DNA of 64,000 nucleotides. Origin: a virus. The notes beneath the pieces are model-generated. The model saw nothing but the letters and a program-made list of their open reading frames with translations, was not told the origin of the DNA and did not search any database. Numbering within the stretch: the first letter of the stretch is position 1; every line of letters begins with the position of its first letter. The stretch lies in IMG/VR virus record IMGVR_UViG_3300026522_000001, positions 32,001-96,000 of that record. One strand, 5' to 3'. A program made the position numbers and the translations under genes. Below, one piece after another: positions 43,919-53,267 of this stretch.

Positions 43919-44173
43919 TTAACCAAAAATTATCTTAGATGGATTTACTAAGATAAGGTATTTTTCTTCAACGCCTGTATACCCATTATTTGGGTCATCA
44001 TTTCCTGCTGCAGGAGTTATCATATATTCAAAATCACCCGGTTCGAAATCACCCGCTACAGAACGATACAAGCCATCACCGGTTATATTATATTCTTTAC
44101 TAGGAATTGGATGACCAGCACGCTTTTTACCTGTATATCTTACTCTATCTCCTACTTTAAATTTTGGTTTCAT
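43919..44173 (-). CDS. hypothetical protein
   Basis: 84-aa ORF with a GGAG RBS. Confidence 0.45.
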   Translation of the reverse strand: MKPKFKVGDRVRYTGKKRAGHPIPSKEYNITGDGLYRSVAGDFEPGDFEYMITPAAGNDDPNNGYTGVEEKYLILVNPSKIIFG

Positions 44174-44189
44174 TATTGTTATCTCCTTT

Positions 44190-44717
44190 TTATTTTGTTA
44201 GATACACAAACATCTTAATGCTATCTTCTACTCTTAATTGTCCTTCTAGTATTTGTGAAATAATAAATCCACTAGTCCATTTATATTTGTTATTTCCATA
44301 TACACCATAATATACAGCATACAAGAATGAAACATATTCATTCTTTTCTAGCTGTTTTAATACATCAATATCTTTTGTTTTTAGAAAATTCTTTGCTTTG
44401 GTCTTTACACTTGTATCTGCAAATTCTTCTATATATTCTAGCTTGTTTTTATAATGCTTATAGAAAGCACTCTTTTTATCTAATTGTGTCTCTACTACAC
44501 AGATAACATCATAACTTAACTTATCTACCAACTTATCAAATTCTTTTAATTCTTTTGTTGGTAGATTCATTTCTTTTGTGTATAGAAAATATACATCATC
44601 CTTTTTTGGTGAAAATAAACTGTCTGTATTGATGTAGTCAAATACGTTCTTTACGAATTTATAGTCTTTTAATACATCATTTAGACGTGTTCTATTCCCT
44701 ACAAGTATCCTAAACAT
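44190..44717 (-). CDS. hypothetical protein
   Basis: 175-aa ORF. Confidence 0.45.
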   Translation of the reverse strand: MFRILVGNRTRLNDVLKDYKFVKNVFDYINTDSLFSPKKDDVYFLYTKEMNLPTKELKEFDKLVDKLSYDVICVVETQLDKKSAFYKHYKNKLEYIEEFADTSVKTKAKNFLKTKDIDVLKQLEKNEYVSFLYAVYYGVYGNNKYKWTSGFIISQILEGQLRVEDSIKMFVYLTK

Positions 44718-44809
44718 TGGACTATCATCCTTCTTATACGTATATCACAAACTTATACATACATCACAAATTGCCTAGCTATTAGCGTAGCTAGGCTAGG
44801 ATATTTTAT

Positions 44810-45085
44810 TTACTCTTCTTCATCGTCATCGTCGTCGTCATTTTCGTCATCATCTTCATCATACAGATGCATGATGTCTGAAAGACTAAACCAAATAAAA
44901 TCATTAAGCTCAGCTTCACTAGGAATATATCCTAATACGTCCTCTGACATATATTCTTCAATGATATTCATTGCTTCTTCTTCTCTACCCTGCTTCTCAA
45001 TATCATCTAATGTAGTACGTGCTCCACTCCATGCATTTCCTTTATACTCATCCCATCCGTATCTCTCTACAGTAACTTTAATCAT
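44810..45085 (-). CDS. highly acidic small protein (candidate DNA mimic)
   Basis: I moved the start to Met-39, which has a GGAGG RBS. A promoter (TTGACA, 17-nt spacer, TATTAT) lies inside the upstream part of the track ORF. The C-terminus is YDEDDDENDDDDDDEEE. Confidence 0.5.
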   Translation of the reverse strand: MIKVTVERYGWDEYKGNAWSGARTTLDDIEKQGREEEAMNIIEEYMSEDVLGYIPSEAELNDFIWFSLSDIMHLYDEDDDENDDDDDDEEE

Positions 45086-45220
45086 TACAAATTCCTCCTT
45101 GTGTTGTGAATACCCTGTTTTTCTGTTTTGTTCCCTTTGAACAGTTTCATAATAACATACCTTGTGGGCTATGTCAATTAGAAATTCATTAAAAAACACT
45201 ATAATTGTATTTATTCTATT

Positions 45221-45424
45221 TCAAATTCCTTTTGATGTAAGATATAATATATAGAAGTCATACAATACATTATTTGTACATCTATTTATACCACAACATA
45301 CTTTATTTATTTCTTTTAGGTTGTTGTAGTATTTTATGTCTTTTGTTGCTATGAAATTATTTAGATTTTCTTGTAATTTTTCTTTGTAAAATTCTTCCAA
45401 GATATTTTCACCACCATTATACAC
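45221..45424 (-). CDS. hypothetical protein
   Basis: 67-aa ORF. Confidence 0.35.
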   Translation of the reverse strand: MYNGGENILEEFYKEKLQENLNNFIATKDIKYYNNLKEINKVCCGINRCTNNVLYDFYILYLTSKGI

Positions 45425-45749
45425 CTAAAAATACTGCATTATCTTTTACTGTATACTCTTTAGGAACATCACCATTACATCTAAGATTATGTGTAGTGAT
45501 TACTTCTCCAGTATCTAGCATTTTAATACGAAATTTCATCCCTCCATATCCTAATCCGTATGTGTTTATTAAATCTTTTGGTTCCTTACCTATATGATAG
45601 CAAACGCCTTTAATAATTACTGCACTATCATCTAATGCTAATTGCCAAAATCTTTTAGAAAAGCATTTTTCGTCACCACATAGCCCTGAAAATTCACTGC
45701 CTTTGTAGTAATCTTTCTTTACTTCTTTTCCACAGATAGGACATTTCAT
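45417..45749 (-). CDS. zinc-ribbon protein
   Basis: N-terminal MKCPICGKE...CGDEKC. Confidence 0.45.
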   Translation of the reverse strand: MKCPICGKEVKKDYYKGSEFSGLCGDEKCFSKRFWQLALDDSAVIIKGVCYHIGKEPKDLINTYGLGYGGMKFRIKMLDTGEVITTHNLRCNGDVPKEYTVKDNAVFLGV

Positions 45750-45774
45750 AATATCACGCTCCTATAATTGTATG

Positions 45775-46752
45775 TTATTCACAAAACATTTCTCTATATA
45801 CGGTTGCAATAAATAATTCTTTTAGCATATCATTACTTGCATTTGTCTGCAGGTCATAGAAATCATTCATAATTTTTTTTGCAACACTAACATATCCTTT
45901 AATATCATTTTCAAGAACATCAGGTATTCCTGTAAGTGTAATATCTTTTGTCTTTCCATATACACAAATACCTAGCACAAAGCTAAAGAAATTTCTTGTA
46001 AAGATTTCTATATTTGTAACGCTATTTAGTGTCGTTACAACATCTTTAATGTTCTTTGTCATAATGCCCTCAAGAATATTAAACATATCGTCATATTTAC
46101 CACATAACATATTTGTTACTGTTGACATAGTGATATGTTTTTCACCAATTACTTTTTCAAGATTACTAATAGCTTTACGCATAGAACCATCAGAACGCCT
46201 TGCAATTTCTTTTAGTGCTAGACTATCGTATGATGTTCCTTCACAGTCACAAATATATTTCAACCTATTTGTAATATCTACTGTTCCAATACTGTTAAAT
46301 ACAAGTGTTTTTACACGACTTTTAATCGTATCAATCAGCTTATCATATTCTGTTGTTGTGAGAATATAGATAACATAACTAGGTGTATTCTCTAAAGCTA
46401 AAAGTAACTTTTGTCCACCAATGCTATCTTTTCTCATAAAGATGTTATGTGCTTCTTCTAGGATAATAACAAGTTTTTCATATCCGATTGGTTTTGTCAT
46501 TGTTAGATTGATGATTTCTTCTACATTTTCTGCTTTATTAAACATAGACGAATCAATCGTGTATGTATAGGCATTAATTGTTTTAGCAAAAATCTTAGCG
46601 GTATTACTTTTTCCACATCCATATTTTCCTGCAAAACAATAACAGTTAGGAAATTTATTTGTCTTGATGTCATGTTTAAGAATATCTATAGTTGTATCCT
46701 GTCCAACAATGTCATCTAATGTTTTACATTCATATTTATTGTAAAGTGCCAT
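45775..46752 (-). CDS. AAA+ clamp-loader subunit (DNA pol III gamma/tau or delta-prime-like)
   Basis: Walker A GKYGCGKSNT, Walker B IILEEAH, and sensor motif KSRVKTL (SRC-like). Confidence 0.6.
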   Translation of the reverse strand: MALYNKYECKTLDDIVGQDTTIDILKHDIKTNKFPNCYCFAGKYGCGKSNTAKIFAKTINAYTYTIDSSMFNKAENVEEIINLTMTKPIGYEKLVIILEEAHNIFMRKDSIGGQKLLLALENTPSYVIYILTTTEYDKLIDTIKSRVKTLVFNSIGTVDITNRLKYICDCEGTSYDSLALKEIARRSDGSMRKAISNLEKVIGEKHITMSTVTNMLCGKYDDMFNILEGIMTKNIKDVVTTLNSVTNIEIFTRNFFSFVLGICVYGKTKDITLTGIPDVLENDIKGYVSVAKKIMNDFYDLQTNASNDMLKELFIATVYREMFCE

Positions 46753-46820
46753 GATTCTACCTCACTTTTTAATTATAAATAAGCAGGAAATTCACTACAC
46801 TTCCTGCTAGATAAATACAA

Positions 46821-47102
46821 TTAATTTACTTTTGCTAATCTATAAACATCCTTAATGCATTTTTTGTCAAACCAATAACTATCACCATCAATAATGATTA
46901 CAAAATCAACCATGTTTACTCGTTCTACTTTATACATCTTTGATGTCCCGAGAGCGTCTACCATTTCTGGACTAAAATATATATTATCTGCAATTAATGA
47001 TTTTCCACAACCATTTACAATAAGTTCACAACCATTATATAACTTCATTACGTCTTTCAATGATTTTAATGTAATATAGTCACCAGTTTCGATGTTCATC
47101 AT
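46821..47102 (-). CDS. hypothetical protein, tandem paralog of 47123-47419
   Basis: Both share the N-terminus MNI.xGDY..LKS and the C-terminus FDKKC.KDVYRL..V. Confidence 0.5.
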   Translation of the reverse strand: MMNIETGDYITLKSLKDVMKLYNGCELIVNGCGKSLIADNIYFSPEMVDALGTSKMYKVERVNMVDFVIIIDGDSYWFDKKCIKDVYRLAKVN

Positions 47103-47122
47103 TATGTCCTCCTGTCTATTGT

Positions 47123-47419
47123 TTATTCCACCCGTACAAGTCTATAGACATCTTTTACACACTTTTTATCAAACACATATGCATCCTTACCAATGAATAC
47201 ACAAACTCTATTATCATCTGACCATGCTACTCTATACACATCGCATGCATCCATAGCATCTAACATAACCTGTGAAAAATATCTATCACCTATGTCTACA
47301 TATATCTCAACCTTTCCTGATGCATTTTTAAGTTTAAAAGTCGTTTTCCATTTTTTGTAAAGACTCTTTACTTCATCTACTGATTTTAACATAACATAAT
47401 CTCCTGCATGGATATTCAT
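47123..47419 (-). CDS. hypothetical protein, tandem paralog of 46821-47102
   Basis: Same shared motifs as its paralog. A promoter (TTGACT, 16-nt spacer, TATACT) lies at 47485-47512. Confidence 0.5.
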   Translation of the reverse strand: MNIHAGDYVMLKSVDEVKSLYKKWKTTFKLKNASGKVEIYVDIGDRYFSQVMLDAMDACDVYRVAWSDDNRVCVFIGKDAYVFDKKCVKDVYRLVRVE

Positions 47420-47569
47420 TGTTTATTCCTCCTGTTCATCTTTACTAATGACTTTTACCTTAGTATTCCTTTTGACCTACCTATAGTATAGCACAAGCAC
47501 GACCAAAGTCAATTATAAAACCATTATAGAAACATTAAAAATGACCCTGCTCGTGCTTTTATTTATACT

Positions 47570-47851
47570 TTATCTTGTTTTATCTAATTCTCTTGTATAG
47601 TTATTTTTAGCACTACATATATCATCATATTCTGCTTCGCTAAAAATAAAATTCTCTTCATCCTCTATTGCACTATTCATTGCCAGCTTAAACCATCTAT
47701 TCTTTTTATTTCTCATACATCTATTATTAGGACAATCATTACTATTGCAATATGAAAAATCATTGTCATTAAATAAAGCATAAGATGTTGGCGATTCATA
47801 TAATGCAAAAGAACCAAATTTTTTTTGAGATGTATTATTATACCACCACAT
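47570..47851 (-). CDS. hypothetical protein
   Basis: 93-aa ORF. Confidence 0.4.
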   Translation of the reverse strand: MWWYNNTSQKKFGSFALYESPTSYALFNDNDFSYCNSNDCPNNRCMRNKKNRWFKLAMNSAIEDEENFIFSEAEYDDICSAKNNYTRELDKTR

Positions 47852-47854
47852 GTA

Positions 47855-48310
47855 TTACACCTTCTTTTTTCTTGCCGTTTTATTTTTTAGAATTTTCTTT
47901 TTCTTATTAGAAATTATGTTTTCATCAATAATTGTTATGTTTTTTATAGAACATTTTGTGTAAAGAATTTTACCATTTCTATAATCTTTACTGTAAGCAT
48001 ATACAGTTCCTTTTGCTAAAAATCTTCCTTTTGGTATTCTATTAAATTCATTTTCGTGAATCCATAAATGGTTAAATGTTTCTGCCATACCCATATCTTT
48101 ATCATGCTGATTCAATGAAATATCAGTAATTAGGAGTGATTTTCCTACATAATCTAAAGAAACAACATCTGTTTCACTTACGATTACTCCTGAGAAATAT
48201 ACTTCTTTATCTATATATTTAATTAGTCTTTGTTTTTCTTTATTGTTTTTTCTAAAATAATTCTTTTTCCCTTTTGGCAGTCGATTTTTCTTTAGTCTTA
48301 CTTTAATCAT
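47855..48310 (-). CDS. basic hypothetical protein
   Basis: I moved the start to Met-15, which has a GAAGGTGA RBS. Both termini are Lys-rich. Confidence 0.4.
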   Translation of the reverse strand: MIKVRLKKNRLPKGKKNYFRKNNKEKQRLIKYIDKEVYFSGVIVSETDVVSLDYVGKSLLITDISLNQHDKDMGMAETFNHLWIHENEFNRIPKGRFLAKGTVYAYSKDYRNGKILYTKCSIKNITIIDENIISNKKKKILKNKTARKKKV

Positions 48311-49037
48311 AATAATCACCTTCTTCTTTGAAGTATACTTTTCCACCAACACATTTCAACTCATTACATTTTACTGTATTCTCCATTGACCTGATTTTTA
48401 CTTTATTCAAAATATCTTTTGGGACTGAATGCTCAAACTTATCAATAGGTATCCCCTCATAAAATGGAATTTCATACATTCTATTCACATATTTATCTCT
48501 AAGGTATATTGTTGTCCACGGTTTAATAAGACTATTTTTATATTTATATTGGTCTATACTATTACAAACATTTATAGGTACTTTTCTTTCATCCGTTGTA
48601 TCAAACAACCACCTTTCCACATAAAACATGTTAGCACCAAGTTTTTCTATATTGCTAATTGGATGTTCTTTTTCTGTTATGCTAACAGCGCATTTTCCAT
48701 AATCAGAAATCAATTTAATAGCACAACTCATATCTCTATCTTGTGTGATGAGAAAAAATGTTGTTATATCGTCATTTTCATATAACATTTTTGAGATAAA
48801 ACAACACATATATGTATCTGCAAGATTTTTCCCTACCTGTGTATTAACAAGTGTTGCATGAGTATATTTATTATAATGCTTTAGTGGGATATTATGTTTA
48901 TTCCCAAAAATATATATTCCAGAAGAATTTCCAAACTGTTTATGTTTGATATATGAATAAGCATACTGGAATAATTCTTTAGATACATTCTCTGCATCTA
49001 CAATAATAACGCTATGTTTTCTTGTATTGTATCCCAT
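48303..49037 (-). CDS. NYN/LabA-like (PIN-fold) nuclease domain protein
   Basis: VIIVDAENV ... GKNLADTYM ... FLITQDRDMSCAIKLISDYGKCAVSI matches the NYN acidic-residue pattern. Confidence 0.5.
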   Translation of the reverse strand: MGYNTRKHSVIIVDAENVSKELFQYAYSYIKHKQFGNSSGIYIFGNKHNIPLKHYNKYTHATLVNTQVGKNLADTYMCCFISKMLYENDDITTFFLITQDRDMSCAIKLISDYGKCAVSITEKEHPISNIEKLGANMFYVERWLFDTTDERKVPINVCNSIDQYKYKNSLIKPWTTIYLRDKYVNRMYEIPFYEGIPIDKFEHSVPKDILNKVKIRSMENTVKCNELKCVGGKVYFKEEGDYYD

Positions 49038-49066
49038 CAGTCTCTATCTCGCTTTCTTTATTCTTG

Positions 49067-49477
49067 TTATTCTTCACTAAAAATCAGTCTTTTGACCTGA
49101 TACCAGTCCACATTCCTGCCATATCTATCATAGCTCTTATCGTCTATATACAGGTCAGCTGTAACTTTATTGCTACAAGAATATGTGTTATGATTTCTAC
49201 ACCAGTCTGTTGCAACACTATCTACATCTTTATTAACAGCATCAAACTCTAATCCATATTTCTTACAATTTTCTACTGCAAGCTCTAATGATTTATCTGT
49301 CCTACATGTGAATAGAATTACTTTACCTCCCATTTTCCTGTATTCTTTTAAGATATTAACAGCGTATTTATTTAATTTTCCTACACTAGGATATGAGTCT
49401 TTTCCATTTTCATTCAATGGTTCTAGTGTACCATCATAATCAACAGCAATAACCTTAAACTTTAGATTTTTCATCAT
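49067..49477 (-). CDS. HAD-superfamily phosphatase
   Basis: Motif I is AVDYDGTL. I moved the start to MMKNLKF. Confidence 0.55.
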   Translation of the reverse strand: MMKNLKFKVIAVDYDGTLEPLNENGKDSYPSVGKLNKYAVNILKEYRKMGGKVILFTCRTDKSLELAVENCKKYGLEFDAVNKDVDSVATDWCRNHNTYSCSNKVTADLYIDDKSYDRYGRNVDWYQVKRLIFSEE

Positions 49478-49604
49478 TTTTAATTCCTTTCCAGACCTTA
49501 TGGATAATATAAATAGCAAATCCCGTACCAACTAAAAATAAAACTGCAAAAATCACTAATGTAATCGCTACCCCATACACCATCATATTTAACAATTCTA
49601 TCAT
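49458..49604 (-). CDS. small single-pass membrane protein (48 aa)
   Basis: GGGAGG RBS 5 nt upstream of the ATG at 49604. It has a hydrophobic core VYGVAITLVIFAVLFLVGTGFAIYII and is below the ORF-track cutoff. Confidence 0.35.
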
Positions 49605-49666
49605 CTTTTCCTCCCATAATAAAAAAAAGACTATTACATTATATAATTGTAATAGCCAGTTACTTC

Positions 49667-50086
49667 TTACTTCTTGTTGTACGACTCAAGCCTATCAATC
49701 TTTTTAATAGATTTTTTCAGCTTTCCTTCTACACGATGTTCCATAACATTAACCTGTTTATGGATGTATTTAGAGATTGCACATGTAAGATTAAACTCAA
49801 GATTTGTCCATTTCAAAATAAGTCTATCTTTTGCAATTTTCTTTGCTAATTCTACATCACAATCTTTTGTTACTTTTACTTTTGTGACAAACTGAATGTT
49901 ATCTACTGCATCACTAACAAAGTCATCAAAAGTAAAATTATCAATAAGTTTGTTGCTAAACACTTTACAAAGTGAATTAGAGATATGATGAAACCAATAT
50001 TCTCTCCCTCCGAAATTTCCTGTTACCTCATCGCAAAAATATGCAACGATAACATTTTTCTCCTTGTTGTAGTGATACTTAATCAT
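49667..50086 (-). CDS. hypothetical protein, paralog of 32961-33401
   Basis: I moved the start to MIKYHYN, which has a GGGAGAG RBS. The promoter at 50138-50166 lies inside the longer track ORF. Confidence 0.5.
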   Translation of the reverse strand: MIKYHYNKEKNVIVAYFCDEVTGNFGGREYWFHHISNSLCKVFSNKLIDNFTFDDFVSDAVDNIQFVTKVKVTKDCDVELAKKIAKDRLILKWTNLEFNLTCAISKYIHKQVNVMEHRVEGKLKKSIKKIDRLESYNKK

Positions 50087-50137
50087 TACTTTTCTCTCCC
50101 TTTCTTTTACAAGTAGAATTTTTTCGTTCATGCTTAT

Positions 50138-50185
50138 ATTATACACCATATTAGCACCAAAGTCGAGTTAAAATTTTATTAAAAA
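50138..50185 (-). promoter_or_regulatory. promoter with a conserved UP-like element
   Basis: On the minus strand, TTTTTAATAAAATTTTAAC, then TCGACT, a 17-nt spacer, and TATAAT. Confidence 0.5.
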
Positions 50186-50375
50186 TATATTACATTATAT
50201 TAAAGTTAATGCTTTTCCTTTTCCACAAAATCTACTACAGAAAGAGTTCCAAAATTATCTCTAAAGTTATTTAATGCATCTTTTTTATTGTGTGCTTTTG
50301 TTTCGAAAACTTCAATGTTTGGTCTAATCTCATTTAACTTGTGATGATAAATTCTAAATATGCTTTGTCTCATTA

Positions 50376-50726
50376 TTATTCCTCTTTCAGATATTCTACT
50401 AACATTTTCATTAGATTACTGTTTATAACAAAATAATTTTCGTTATAATTGTCATCAGGATTGAATTTAATTGCTAAACAGCTATATGGTAGTTGCATCT
50501 CTTTTCTTTCTAGCTCGTTCTTTTCAATCCAATTTCTATTGATAGAAAAACTATTACTTTCTTTTGTTTTTGTCTTACACTCAATAAGCATAAGATTATC
50601 TAAGATAACATCACCTTTAACGAACCCTGTTGCTCCGCTATTAGGTGTTTGATGTCCTCCTAGCATCTTTGCAACTTCTTTTTCCTGCTTATCACTAAAA
50701 TATCTTGTAGCTTCTTTATTTTTCAA
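50376..50726 (-). CDS. PD-(D/E)XK nuclease (resolvase-like)
   Basis: The pattern GDVILDNLMLIECKTK fits a D...ExK catalytic motif. Confidence 0.4.
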   Translation of the reverse strand: MKNKEATRYFSDKQEKEVAKMLGGHQTPNSGATGFVKGDVILDNLMLIECKTKTKESNSFSINRNWIEKNELERKEMQLPYSCLAIKFNPDDNYNENYFVINSNLMKMLVEYLKEE

Positions 50727-51199
50727 AGTATAATATCCTCCGTGTCACCAAACAAATATCTAAGGTATTCGTCTAAGTTTCTGTTTTTATATTCCTTATA
50801 TATTCTACTAAAATTTTCTTTTGCATTAACATTTATATGTATACAATATTTACAGATAAAATTAGTTAGTTCTTCTTCTATATTACTCCAAATCTTATGA
50901 TGGTCATTTTCTTTATATGTTTCTTCTGTGTCAAAAATACGAATAGCTTTTATAATTGTAGTGTCAAAATAATAATCTTGATGCAAATAATTGTTGTTAT
51001 AAGCATCAGATAGCCCATACTCTTTTAGTTTCTTCTGTATAAACCTTTCTAACATAGAAATCTTTTGTTTATATACTTCTTTTGTGTTGTATTCTTTATA
51101 GATATATTTTTCTACTTCCCAAATAAACCTATCTCTATCTGATACAAGCTCATCAAATTTATATAGCTTATATCTTGGTTTTACTTTGTAGTTTTGCAT
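50723..51199 (-). CDS. hypothetical protein
   Basis: 158-aa ORF. Confidence 0.4.
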   Translation of the reverse strand: MQNYKVKPRYKLYKFDELVSDRDRFIWEVEKYIYKEYNTKEVYKQKISMLERFIQKKLKEYGLSDAYNNNYLHQDYYFDTTIIKAIRIFDTEETYKENDHHKIWSNIEEELTNFICKYCIHINVNAKENFSRIYKEYKNRNLDEYLRYLFGDTEDIIL

Positions 51200-51608
51200 T
51201 TTCTAACCTCCGTATTTTCATCTGATAAATCCCATTGTAATCCGTATATACAATTCTTTTTATTCCTGCCGTTATAATTCTTCTTTGACAAGCAGGACAA
51301 GGAAAACAATTTCCTAAGTTACCATTTTTTAATTCTCTATAGATATAAATGGTAGCCCCATCTATATCTAAATGCTTACATTTCATTAGTGCATCCATCT
51401 CTGCATGAAGATTATTTTCTTTTGTAGTAAACCCTCTATATTTTTTATTAAAAACTTTCATGATAGGATGTGACTTATGTTTATTATACCCAACAGAAAT
51501 AATTTCACTTTTAAGTACAATAACTGCACCTATTTTTATTTTTCTATAATCTGATAGATTACTAACTTCTTTAGCTATAGAAATAAATCTTTCGTCCTTC
51601 TTATTCAT
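51168..51608 (-). CDS. dCMP deaminase
   Basis: Zinc-binding motifs HAEMDAL and PCPACQRRI. I moved the start to MNKKDERF because the promoter at 51640-51668 overlaps the longer track ORF. Confidence 0.8.
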   Translation of the reverse strand: MNKKDERFISIAKEVSNLSDYRKIKIGAVIVLKSEIISVGYNKHKSHPIMKVFNKKYRGFTTKENNLHAEMDALMKCKHLDIDGATIYIYRELKNGNLGNCFPCPACQRRIITAGIKRIVYTDYNGIYQMKIRRLENAKLQSKTKI

Positions 51609-51639
51609 AGTAACTACCTTTCTTATACCTCTAATAACC

Positions 51640-51686
51640 AGTTTACTACAAATACAAAAAGGTGTCAAGTTAAAATTTTATTAAAA
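51640..51686 (-). promoter_or_regulatory. promoter with a conserved UP-like element
   Basis: On the minus strand, TTTTAATAAAATTTTAAC, then TTGACA, a 17-nt spacer, and TAAACT. Confidence 0.55.
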
Positions 51687-51702
51687 TATACTTTTTATAA
51701 TA

Positions 51703-51729
51703 CAAAAAAAAGATAGCTAAAAAGCTACC
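51703..51729 (-). terminator. rho-independent terminator
   Basis: On the minus strand, stem GGTAGCT/AGCTATC followed by T8. Confidence 0.6.
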
Positions 51730-51753
51730 TTCCTAAACTATGATACTTTCAGA

Positions 51754-52029
51754 TTATGCACCCTGTTTAGGTGTATCTGTTTTAGACTCACCAGCTGTAC
51801 CTGTACTTGCTCCTGTGCTTGTTCCCTTAGAAGAATCTTCTGCTGTTGTTGCCGCTTCAATAATAATTGTTGGTTTAACTTCTTCTGCCCTATAAACTTT
51901 AACAGTATTCAATGGAAATTTAAGTAGCTTTGATGCGGCTTCATCAAGAGTGAAAATAGGATTCTTTGTGTCACTATCATTCCAGATAATAGAGTCATTC
52001 TGATGGATAATGTATTTGTTTTCTGCCAA
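51754..52029 (-). CDS. hypothetical protein with a T/G/S-rich tail
   Basis: 91-aa ORF. Confidence 0.45.
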   Translation of the reverse strand: MAENKYIIHQNDSIIWNDSDTKNPIFTLDEAASKLLKFPLNTVKVYRAEEVKPTIIIEAATTAEDSSKGTSTGASTGTAGESKTDTPKQGA

Positions 52030-52064
52030 AATAATTCACCTCGCTATGTATGATTATTGTCTAT

Positions 52065-52093
52065 ATTATAACACAATTAAAAGGATTTGTCAA
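52065..52093 (-). promoter_or_regulatory. consensus sigma70 promoter
   Basis: On the minus strand, TTGACA (52088-52093), a 17-nt spacer, and TGtTATAAT. Confidence 0.65.
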
Positions 52094-52101
52094 AAAATAT
52101 C

Positions 52102-52139
52102 AAAAAAAAATAGCAGGATAGATATTATCCACCCTGCTA
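52102..52139 (-). terminator. rho-independent terminator
   Basis: Stem TAGCAGG/CCTGCTA followed by T9 on the minus strand. Confidence 0.7.
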
Positions 52140-52153
52140 CTGACTAAATACCT

Positions 52154-53107
52154 TTACGCACAATCTTTAATGAGCGCTACAGCTTTATCGAACATCTGAT
52201 TACCATTAATGACACTCAAGAGATTATTCTCTTTTTCATTTTTGGTATGGCGTGTAGTCGCTAAACCATGAAAAATCATGTCGCTAAATGCGTTTACTGC
52301 TTTATATGCAGTACCATTGAAATTTTGGAGGTCATCAGCCTGCATACATTTTTTGAAGTTTTCATGCATCGCAATCATATTGTTTAACTTGCGATTTGTG
52401 TATTCCCCATCTTCCTTGATTGGGAACATCTTGTCCAAAATACCCTTAATCTGATTTCCGCTAAGTTTCTGTTTAGCAAGCGCGATGCACTCATCGTCAA
52501 ACGCTTTATTGTACTTATCTGCCATCATGAGACATTGCTTTGCTTCCTGCAATTTACCACCAATATCTCCCTTATGGGCGAAACTCCACTTACGTTTCGC
52601 ACCTTTCAACGCTATATTTAATGTGTTATTGCATACTACCCTAACAGGCGTAATAGCAACATTGATAGAACGCTTTCCATCAAAGGAATTTGAGAACAAC
52701 AGATACTTGTCAATGTCATCCCCTAAGATATTCGTGCTTGGGATGCGTGCAAGCATCCAAGTCAGCTTGCCATTTTGCAAACTACCTGCTGTCTCATACT
52801 TCACATCATCATTGTCCAAAAGTGCATCCGTGAACTCGAATGCATCTTCATTTTGGACGATTTCATACCTATCAGATACAAAACCCAAAATAGCATGGTC
52901 TGTATCACGATAGTTGCACAGAAGGTCTGTATAAAAACCCTCTTCTTCATCGTCAGGCATTGCGCACATTGGTGCTTGCAGGACTTTCCAATCAAGACCT
53001 GCTTTCTTGATGGCTGTCTTTGAATCCGGTGCATCCTTGATAACTACACCCATACCATGCCAAGCAGGCTCACGAACGAAAAAACCACTCTCAAATTCTG
53101 CGGACAT
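52154..53107 (-). CDS. DUF932-type phage/plasmid-associated protein
   Basis: The N-terminus FFVREPAWHGMG...AGLDWKV is typical of that family. I moved the start to MSAEFES, which has a GGAGG RBS. The gene is GC-elevated. Confidence 0.55.
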   Translation of the reverse strand: MSAEFESGFFVREPAWHGMGVVIKDAPDSKTAIKKAGLDWKVLQAPMCAMPDDEEEGFYTDLLCNYRDTDHAILGFVSDRYEIVQNEDAFEFTDALLDNDDVKYETAGSLQNGKLTWMLARIPSTNILGDDIDKYLLFSNSFDGKRSINVAITPVRVVCNNTLNIALKGAKRKWSFAHKGDIGGKLQEAKQCLMMADKYNKAFDDECIALAKQKLSGNQIKGILDKMFPIKEDGEYTNRKLNNMIAMHENFKKCMQADDLQNFNGTAYKAVNAFSDMIFHGLATTRHTKNEKENNLLSVINGNQMFDKAVALIKDCA

Positions 53108-53178
53108 TTCTAATTCCTCCATTTCTTTTACCTGCAAGAAATTTATTTTGTTCTTGCCTCGAATTACCTTACACGTTT

Positions 53179-53207
53179 ATATTACAATACACTGGAGGAA
53201 TTGTCAA
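53179..53207 (-). promoter_or_regulatory. sigma70-type promoter
   Basis: On the minus strand, TTGACA (53202-53207), a 17-nt spacer, and TAATAT. Confidence 0.55.
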
Positions 53208-53267
53208 TTAAAGAATACTTAAAAATTATTAAAAGGCAAAAAAGAAATAGAAGAAATTCCTAAATAG

